DNA from: a virus
Taxonomy: Duplodnaviria; Caudoviricetes
DNA: 64,000 nt
IMG/VR virus record: IMGVR_UViG_3300028832_000110
Coordinates: 1-64,000 of that record
Direction: 5' to 3' (one strand)
The translations under genes were made by a program, and so were the position numbers. This document shows positions 57,601 to 64,000 of the stretch, piece after piece (position 1 is the stretch's first letter; every line of letters begins with the position of its first letter). The notes below the pieces were generated by a model. That model ran no database searches. It saw only the letters and a program-made list of their open reading frames with translations, and was not told where the DNA came from.

Positions 57601-60600
57601 TAGCGGCTTCGTGACCAACCTTTTTCTCCCACTTATCATACCAGTCGTAGGCTTCTTTGAGGATGCGGATTCTTTCATCCCACCTCTTAGCAAATTCATC
57701 GTGATAGGATTTTGAGCCTCCCTTATTCTTGTTTTTGTCGGAGAGGTCAATACCCTCGGCTTTGGCGTAGGCTTCATAACCTTCCATAGCCACCATATTC
57801 TTATAGTGGCTCCTGGCTTCATCGAAACTGATTCCTGCGCTCTTCTCAAAGCCGGAGAAATCAAAGATGTGGTTGTCTTTGGTTACGTCAACGCCAAACT
57901 TTTCCTTCATATATTTGGCAAAGGACTCGGCACTACCGCCTTGGAAATCTGCCTTTACCTTAATATGCAGGGCATTGGTGGCGATTTCATCCTTCAACTC
58001 CTTATATTTCTTCTTTGACTTGTCAACCCAATCCGTGAAGGTCTCACAACTCTTGATAAGGGAGTTAAAGGTGGTATCACCTAACTTATGCTTGTTTCCT
58101 GCAAGTTCCTGCCACAATTCCTGATACGGACTCTTTGACTTCAAAGCCTCATTGAAAGCAGACTCGAAAATCCTCGGCGTGTCTTTAATGAGGTTTTGCA
58201 GGGCTTGATTCCAGAGCCAGTTCTGTGAAGACAAATCGGAGGTAAGGGCGCGAAGTGCATCCTGCACCTTCTCGTCGGTAAACTGAGAGTTTTCGTCAAC
58301 GACTGCACCAAGGGCTTCTTTGGCTTTTGCGCCCAAGTTCTTTAGGATAAGCTGATTGATGACGGCATCGAACTCGCTGCTCTGACCCAGACTATTCAAC
58401 AATATGCTGTTGATGACTTGGGATTGAGCGGCGGGATCAGTCATTTTCTCCTGCTCAAACAACTTATTCATCCAGTCATTGAGGGCATAGCCGAAGACAT
58501 CTGACTGCATATCCTTCGGCAGTTTCGCAATCTCTTGATTGAACTTGTTTTGCAAGCCCTGAACGATAATCGGAACTTGGTCTTCCATATCCTGCTTTGC
58601 CTCACGAAGTGCTTTCTCTGAGGTGAAAGCAGCCCAAATGGTCTTTGGCAGGGTGTTCTCACCTGCAACTGAGCCATTCTTGAACGTGAGTTTAGGCATA
58701 AAGCTGTTGTCATCGCCTCCAGTATTAGGCAGGCTCTTCAGCCAACGTCTGAATATGGCATCGCGGTCTTTTACGATGTCAAGTCCGTATTTCTCTGCCA
58801 TTTCCTTGAAAATGGCTTCATTCTCTTGGAAGAAATTACGCAGCTCTTCCTTGTTGACATTGGTAAGGGCTGTCATATTCTCACTTAGGGCATCGGCATA
58901 GTCTTTGGCATTAGTGCCGAATTCTTGGCTATGCAATGCTCCAGTCCAGAATCCTTCGCCATGTCTCTCGCCACTGGCATCGGTAAATGCCGTTCCCCAA
59001 CCACCAGTCTTTGCGTTGAGGTCTGCAAGGAAACTCTGGTGACTGCCAACGATATTCTTAGCGGTTTCCATAGCAGCAACCTTCTTTGCTGCTTCTACGG
59101 CTTGATCGGCTTGCTTATCGAATTTCTCTATGTCAAAGAGGTCGCCTTTATACATAGGTGACATATCCTGAATCTTTTCCATAAAGGCATCAAGCACTTG
59201 GTTCACACCGTGAGCCTCAATAGCCGCTTTGTCGATGTCGAAGAGTACACCACCTCTGCTGACACTACCGCCTGCGCTCTGTTTGTAGATGTCTTTATAG
59301 TTGTCGAGGAAATCCGTGAGTGCCGATGCGTCTTGCCTTGCGGCTTCACCAGTGGACGTAGCCAGATCGTCAATCTTCTGCCTTGCCTCCTGCGAATGCG
59401 ATACCAATGCCATGATACCAGTGACGGCGGCAAATATCCACGTCATAGGATTGGTGGCCATGGCAATCATCGTGGCTTTCATTTCTGCTGCAAGCATACG
59501 AAGACTGAGCTGAACACGAAGCATGGTGCGGTTGTAGGCAGACATAGAGTTGATTTCCTTGATAGTGGCGGCATTAACGCCTGCACTTGCAAGAATCTGT
59601 GCTCTCGCGGCCTTGGAGAGATTATTTCTGAGGGCTATCTGCATCTTTTGTGTGGCGGTAAGTTCCTTGCTCGATGCAATTTCCTTAACCTGCGATGCCA
59701 ACAAACCCTTTGCGCCATAGCTGCTGCTACCCAACTCATAGCGGGTCTTGCCGTTGATGGGAGATTGGTATCTCCACATATTATTGACAGCACCGACTTG
59801 GCTTCTCTGGAACGATTCTTTCTGAACCTGCGCCATCAAAGCACCGTATGTTGCCAATGCCTGCTTACCCATAATGCCATTGTATGCGAGCATAGCAACC
59901 TTAGCTGCTCCTAAGCCCCATACGACATCCATTATAATATTATAATAGGTGCGCCAATTCTCGGTAACATCATTTATGACATCTACGCTTGTGGTAAGGA
60001 AACCGTGATTTGCCTTACCCATTTCCGACATCATAATGTTGTAGTTGTTGCGGAGGTTACGCAGTTTACCACCAAGGGTTTCAAACTGGCGTATCTGCAT
60101 ATTGTAGAACTGACCACCTTCCTTATCCAATCCCAATATCACGTTCTGCACGTCCTCAAAAGGAATGTCGCGCTTACGCATACGACCATATAGGCTCTTA
60201 CGTGTGACGCGCTCCATGACCTTACCCTGCTTTGCGGCTTCATCGGCTTGGTTGTTGTAATACTTGACAAGTTCGCCCATGAGGTCGATACCTGCTGTCT
60301 CAAACTGGCGGTTCTGAATACCAGAGAGATAGCCGTAAGCCTTGACGTGACCGAATGCAAGAATAAGGCGTTGAACGTCAACGCTAAGTCCTGCACCAAT
60401 ATCGGTAAGGGCTTTCATGGTGTCGTACAACTGAGGCGTGTCGATGTTGAATGCAGCCAACTGTCTGGTTGACTTGATAAGGTCTTGGAAGGTATAAGGC
60501 GACATCTGCGACAAATCTCTGATCTGTCCGTAGAGCTGTTGGGCTGTGGCTGCACTACCGATGATAACCTCCAACGATTTCTGTTGAAGTTCAAGTTCAC

Positions 60601-62041
60601 CAGTGATGTTAGCCATTTCCTTCACGAATTGCTGTGCGCCATAGACACTGAGGTACTGCATCATCATACCCCTCAGATCACTTAGGACTTGGGATTGGTG
60701 CTGTCCGGCATTGATGCTTTGACGGATGGCTTGTGCCAAACGCTCTTCCTCATTGGAGAGCTGACGTACTGCCGATGCAGTGGAAGAGGCAGTACCCTGC
60801 GTCTTCTGCATTTCAGCGTTCCAACGCTCCTGCTCCTTAATGAGATTGACAAGAATATCCTTCGCAATCTTGAAGTCAGCAGTATTGAGGTAGTCGCTTG
60901 CGCTCATACCCTTAAAACTGCCAGTAGTGGAGATAATATCCAACTCAGCCTTGAACCGCTTCATCAACTCAATCTGCTCACGCAATTTGGTGGTGTCACC
61001 TCCGAATTCGTTGCCGACCTTCATAGCGGCGTTGGCATTGTGGAGAATTTTGTCAAGTTCATAGACGGCATATTTCGCACGTTCTACGCTCTTGATGGTA
61101 TTGGTAAGGGCATTGACACCAGTATCGCCTCCAGTAAGGTTCAACGAGGACATGGTTGCGCGGACATTGCGGATGACCTCGCCTAATCCCGTCATAAAAT
61201 TCCGCATTCCCTCGTCTTGGGAAATTGTGAGGTGGAATTTCTTGAAATTCGCGTCAAGAATTTCCATTGCATCAGCAGCCTTTTTTATTCTCTCAGAAAA
61301 TGCGCTGAAATTATCGTGTTGGATGGCTTTCTTTACGGCGTTGATTTCTGAAACGACATTGCCGATGCTCTCCATGACGATGGATGCAACGGCTCTGACC
61401 TGCTGCTGAAAAATCTTCAATGTCGAACTGTCATTGCCGACATTGTATAATTGGTCAAACATTCGCATGACACGCGAAATCTCCGTCTGAGCCTCTGCGC
61501 TGAAATTCTTCATGCCGCCTTTTTTCTCCATGGCCGACTGGAATTTCAGCATTTCGGCAGTCAGTTCCTTCATATATCCAGTCATGGACTGAATATTTAC
61601 GTTTGGAACTTCGGAGAAAGCAGAGTTGAGCGCGGTGCCCATTTTCTGGATGCGATTAAAGATGTCGGAACTATGCCCCGTTTGCAGAGACAGATTCTCG
61701 TTCTTTAATTTCTCGATGGCCGCAGACAGCTCACGCATCTGCTGTAAAGCCGACTGAAAAGCGGGAATGTCACCTGCGTTCTGTTTCGAGAACAGACTTT
61801 CGGTAACATTTTTCACGCTTTTCACCTGCTCCATAAAAGTGGATAGGTCTGGCAACTTGAACGTGAAGCCGTTATTATCATGCCCTAACCGATTCAAGAG
61901 CTGATTCAGTTCTGGAACACCCTTAACGTCAATCGTCACGGTTTTACCCGACAACTGATTGAGCCTACTAACAATGGAATTTAATTCAGAGTTTTTCGCC
62001 TCCTTAATTCCTATCTCAAAAGCTAATGCGTTTAGTGCCAT
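54689..62041 (-). CDS. Tail tape measure protein
   Basis: 2450 aa, helical; tape-measure domain SPYTFQDL...LAAF...G.V.A.G.L. Confidence 0.92.
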   Translation of the reverse strand: MALNALAFEIGIKEAKNSELNSIVSRLNQLSGKTVTIDVKGVPELNQLLNRLGHDNNGFTFKLPDLSTFMEQVKSVKNVTESLFSKQNAGDIPAFQSALQQMRELSAAIEKLKNENLSLQTGHSSDIFNRIQKMGTALNSAFSEVPNVNIQSMTGYMKELTAEMLKFQSAMEKKGGMKNFSAEAQTEISRVMRMFDQLYNVGNDSSTLKIFQQQVRAVASIVMESIGNVVSEINAVKKAIQHDNFSAFSERIKKAADAMEILDANFKKFHLTISQDEGMRNFMTGLGEVIRNVRATMSSLNLTGGDTGVNALTNTIKSVERAKYAVYELDKILHNANAAMKVGNEFGGDTTKLREQIELMKRFKAELDIISTTGSFKGMSASDYLNTADFKIAKDILVNLIKEQERWNAEMQKTQGTASSTASAVRQLSNEEERLAQAIRQSINAGQHQSQVLSDLRGMMMQYLSVYGAQQFVKEMANITGELELQQKSLEVIIGSAATAQQLYGQIRDLSQMSPYTFQDLIKSTRQLAAFNIDTPQLYDTMKALTDIGAGLSVDVQRLILAFGHVKAYGYLSGIQNRQFETAGIDLMGELVKYYNNQADEAAKQGKVMERVTRKSLYGRMRKRDIPFEDVQNVILGLDKEGGQFYNMQIRQFETLGGKLRNLRNNYNIMMSEMGKANHGFLTTSVDVINDVTENWRTYYNIIMDVVWGLGAAKVAMLAYNGIMGKQALATYGALMAQVQKESFQRSQVGAVNNMWRYQSPINGKTRYELGSSSYGAKGLLASQVKEIASSKELTATQKMQIALRNNLSKAARAQILASAGVNAATIKEINSMSAYNRTMLRVQLSLRMLAAEMKATMIAMATNPMTWIFAAVTGIMALVSHSQEARQKIDDLATSTGEAARQDASALTDFLDNYKDIYKQSAGGSVSRGGVLFDIDKAAIEAHGVNQVLDAFMEKIQDMSPMYKGDLFDIEKFDKQADQAVEAAKKVAAMETAKNIVGSHQSFLADLNAKTGGWGTAFTDASGERHGEGFWTGALHSQEFGTNAKDYADALSENMTALTNVNKEELRNFFQENEAIFKEMAEKYGLDIVKDRDAIFRRWLKSLPNTGGDDNSFMPKLTFKNGSVAGENTLPKTIWAAFTSEKALREAKQDMEDQVPIIVQGLQNKFNQEIAKLPKDMQSDVFGYALNDWMNKLFEQEKMTDPAAQSQVINSILLNSLGQSSEFDAVINQLILKNLGAKAKEALGAVVDENSQFTDEKVQDALRALTSDLSSQNWLWNQALQNLIKDTPRIFESAFNEALKSKSPYQELWQELAGNKHKLGDTTFNSLIKSCETFTDWVDKSKKKYKELKDEIATNALHIKVKADFQGGSAESFAKYMKEKFGVDVTKDNHIFDFSGFEKSAGISFDEARSHYKNMVAMEGYEAYAKAEGIDLSDKNKNKGGSKSYHDEFAKRWDERIRILKEAYDWYDKWEKKVGHEAAINEVVEKYGDIFDEWRKDPNIKLRMDIDVNNIAEYAQYIDQIRRDALARYKEQRGQKKFNNGEQALRVLRQAESLLTDINYDSLTRASERWASQMAKQLDDLTKRWDIYKSVVETTGDRMLAASLADIGGEHVFRTQADAVRSEIEDVLKQSNILDKITFDTSMSNTQIKDMVTAAMPTLNRIDFADEDSYRKALQGYQQQIEGIVNAMEKWREIQITVKNDAITAYAKMVVDSRSLKDKIAKINSEYLATITHLNTLKRIGKIGQPEYNTRKTQAENQRKVENMEAIVNSTQIDQAFGIVGNVLKGTARELDRQLSAIINGEDFKKLTPSQQQQYIDLQNKVSGASQTATSPFNVGAWGDVMTAKEIFVKNVAALVDSMKRLQQATAEETKAEEDYLNAKTKAEKDDAKKRKEEATKKKKQADKEVSENQSNVNQSGQNLKKKSDDIADGLDNFSTALGQFTQGSLSGLVLGIGNIVKVIKGDGELAKNVGQLFGEAGKSIGGVVGAILQIIDTLGDDPVGFIDGLLNKIASVIEAVISNIPQIIGSVVKGAGNIVASAIDGIGGLFGLDFGLSDLFNPDKGLQEKIEELKAEVTKIENNTALILKARERTLGYDTGNNRQSYSSQYYHQENVDFANKQTGLLGAILKGSRYGRGFNSPAEEAMYHYYQENGDGTGYKQQLANLRSERERYMEMYNAEYDKKDSSDSALEEYKGKIAELDDQIHYFALDLANELWGIDLKGWAQQLTDALATAFENGTDMAKAYKNAVEDILRSLASKMMQLAIIEPIMDRLQAKIFGVKNADGTWTGGIFDIDNPEKSAKQVTNVISQFFGKGGEGEQAIKAGQQFLQAFEEGVNQAGLSIKNKETSSLSGSIKSITEETADLLASYINAIRADVAVNRMLLTQFVSEYWGAYMQQVTSVNTTLRSIDKNVAALAVMFSETGKIYGMIENISNRLDRFANGVDGIKVQ

Positions 62042-62053
62042 ATCCTTAATTTT

Positions 62054-62347
62054 TTATTCAGTTTCTTCTTGATTCACTGGAATTTTCTCTCCAGTGGCGA
62101 GGAAATGCTTCATGTCGAATTTCCTGCGCTTTTTACGCTCTTTCCACTTCTCTACCGACCTCTTCAGTTTTTCTTCGTCTGGAATGTAGCCGGATTCACC
62201 TGGCTTTTTACCATCATTCTTGTCACGCTTTTTATAGCAGGTAAACGGCGCATCAATTTCTATCAGTTCGATTTGCGCTGCTGTATGACCCCAATAATAT
62301 TCGTACATCTGAACCCTTATCAAACCGAAGAAAAAATAGCGCGGCAT
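62054..62347 (-). CDS. Tail assembly chaperone, gpT-like part (reached by -1 frameshift)
   Basis: -1 frame open from the A9 run at 62508-62500 into this ORF; upstream of the tape measure gene. Confidence 0.75.
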   Translation of the reverse strand: MPRYFFFGLIRVQMYEYYWGHTAAQIELIEIDAPFTCYKKRDKNDGKKPGESGYIPDEEKLKRSVEKWKERKKRRKFDMKHFLATGEKIPVNQEETE

Positions 62348-62904
62348 TACGAGCCATTGTCTTTGTTTTCGGTCTGAGAAAGCCGCTCCGTAGCGAGTTC
62401 TTGAAGGGTAGCTTCGGCTTCCTTCGCTGTCATCTGTATCAGCGTACCCTTTGCCCCTATCAGCAATGTGGTACTGTTGAAGAATTGTACCAGCGGAACT
62501 TTTTTTTTACCTGTGGTGAGGATTTCAAGCAACTGCATATTGTCGTATTGTCTGACATAGTAGAACCAACGCCAGAGAAACCAGTATTTGAACTTCAATT
62601 TCCAATACCCGTTCAGCAGGTAAATCGCTGCTGCCTTGCAAGCCAACTTGTTATCATCCAGAATTTCGTCAAGTACGTCACTGCCAGTAGTCTTCGAGTC
62701 TTCGGGCTTGTCAACGTCCTTTTTCCTCAGAAGCAGGCGTGACAGCTTCACCAACTGACCGTTTTTCAGCCAATACATCTTATACTTCTTTTTCGTGCGT
62801 AAAATGCCGACCTCAGTAGGATCGTCGTTTATCATCGACAAATATTCCCGCTGTGCGTCTTCGCTCGGCTGATTCAGTTTAGGCTCTTCATCAATTTTTT
62901 CCAT
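62347..62904 (-). CDS. Tail assembly chaperone, gpG-like
   Basis: Between tail tube and tape measure genes; contains GGT AAA AAA AAA GTT. Confidence 0.75.
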   Translation of the reverse strand: MEKIDEEPKLNQPSEDAQREYLSMINDDPTEVGILRTKKKYKMYWLKNGQLVKLSRLLLRKKDVDKPEDSKTTGSDVLDEILDDNKLACKAAAIYLLNGYWKLKFKYWFLWRWFYYVRQYDNMQLLEILTTGKKKVPLVQFFNSTTLLIGAKGTLIQMTAKEAEATLQELATERLSQTENKDNGS

Positions 62905-63025
62905 ATTCTACCTTTTGTTTAATTCTCTGTTTTTAATTGGAAAAAGGGCGGCAGCGGCATATAACCGTCACCGCCCCTCAGAAAGTAGGTATTTTGTGGA
63001 AAAGAAATTTTCTCCAAAAACCAGA

Positions 63026-63610
63026 TTATGCACTCTGCAATTCTACGACTGCCAGAGCATCGACAGCAGCACCCTCTTGGATAGAACCAGTGAGAGTAAC
63101 GCACAGAGGCTTGTTTGAGCCGTCGAATACAACGCTTGCCATGAGCTTTGCCTTCTTTACGAAGAAAGCGTTGGTCTCGGTATCGTCGAGGGCGAAGAGA
63201 CCAAGAATAACGGCCTTGCGGAGTCCGCTGAAGGTCTTACCCTTGAAGGTCTTGCCATTGAATACCGTACCAGAACCAGAAACGGTGAGGTCGGAAGCGG
63301 TGAAGCCACAGTAATCAAGAATGTCGGTGTCGTGGCAGGGGATTTCAATGGTGATCTCGGTATCGCCGGGAGTCATCTTAGAAGTCCAGAACACGCCAAG
63401 ACCGTGAATCTTGAAGCCGTCAGTGGTAGGAGTACCCTCATTGTAGCTGAAGCCAGAGTCCTCAGAACAGGGGAACTCACACATCTTGCTCTCGTCAAGA
63501 GTTGCGGCATAAGCACCTTCACTCTCGGTAGTGGCGAAACCACCTTTCATCGCAAACAGCGAGGAAATACCAGTAAGCACATGGGCTTGAAGTTGACTTT
63601 TCGTTTTCAT
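63026..63610 (-). CDS. Major tail (tube) protein
   Basis: 194 aa; canonical position; followed by a hairpin at ~62946-62977. Confidence 0.7.
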   Translation of the reverse strand: MKTKSQLQAHVLTGISSLFAMKGGFATTESEGAYAATLDESKMCEFPCSEDSGFSYNEGTPTTDGFKIHGLGVFWTSKMTPGDTEITIEIPCHDTDILDYCGFTASDLTVSGSGTVFNGKTFKGKTFSGLRKAVILGLFALDDTETNAFFVKKAKLMASVVFDGSNKPLCVTLTGSIQEGAAVDALAVVELQSA

Positions 63611-63623
63611 ATCGCTAAACTTT

Positions 63624-63998
63624 TTAAGAATTTATAAATGCGTTTGCTTTAGTTTTAAGAACAAACGTGATAGATGTGACGTGGAATCCGTTTTTGTCAT
63701 AACCCCCATGCAGAATAGAGGGCTTCGTGGCACTGATATGCTCTGCGTTATACGGAAATCCCTTCTTTACAGAATAGGCGAGACCAGTCTGAGCCTGCAA
63801 GTTGAGCGTGGTGTTGCTCTTAGCCTTGCAATAGACGTAGAGAATGCCGCGAGTATGCAATGCAAAATCCATGTTTCCCGCTGCGTAGTCTTTGACCTCG
63901 GCAGGCAGCTCGATGGTAATGAATCGCTTCATCGTATCGGCGGTCTTGTCTGGACGGTTGCCTAAGAAAATCTCGGTCTTGCGGTCAACATAGTTAGC
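63624..63998 (-). CDS. Putative tail terminator/completion protein (5'-truncated)
   Basis: Frame open to the window end; upstream of the tail tube gene. Confidence 0.55.
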   Translation of the reverse strand, partial: ANYVDRKTEIFLGNRPDKTADTMKRFITIELPAEVKDYAAGNMDFALHTRGILYVYCKAKSNTTLNLQAQTGLAYSVKKGFPYNAEHISATKPSILHGGYDKNGFHVTSITFVLKTKANAFINS

Positions 63999-64000
63999 CG

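Noticed and set aside
1-64000. CRISPR array or cas genes
   Set aside because: No repeat-spacer periodicity seen; the short repeats are explained as att arm sites, iterons or fibre repeats
1-64000. Stop-codon reassignment, as in some gut Bacteroidota phages
   Set aside because: Long genes are intact under code 11, TAA, TAG and TGA all end genes, and there is no suppressor tRNA

Overview
This window is 64 kb of a large temperate siphovirus-type phage genome. The host is most likely Bacteroidota (Prevotella/Bacteroides-like), inferred from TAnnTTTG promoters, A-rich initiation regions without Shine-Dalgarno sites, and the gene families present. No host chromosomal DNA is evident and the putative attP looks intact. 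Layout: (1) ~0.1-16 kb, a leftward early operon with DNA methyltransferases, DnaB, a replication initiator containing iterons, a complete tmRNA, SSB, RecT, RecE-like and RuvC-like genes, and four tRNAs interleaved with ~200-nt structured non-coding elements; (2) ~16-18.6 kb, a lysogeny module with a small Xis/Cro-like HTH gene, CI-like repressor, attP and tyrosine integrase; (3) ~18.9-34.7 kb, two divergent operons of small accessory genes, including an acyl carrier protein, a radical SAM enzyme and YopX; (4) ~34.8-64 kb, a leftward late module with tail tube, frameshifted chaperones, tape measure, tail tip and fibres, a complete diversity-generating retroelement (target/VR, MutS-like accessory gene, TR, RT) and lysis genes. 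The most notable observations are the alternating tRNA / ~200-nt structured RNA array, a split multi-TRD C5-methyltransferase with one TRD hidden behind a C8 tract, the phage tmRNA with its own tag, the Avd-less DGR, twin kissing-loop leaders and a shared TAGA-N6-TCTA operator. All protein and RNA calls are by-eye motif recognition; no database search or folding was run.
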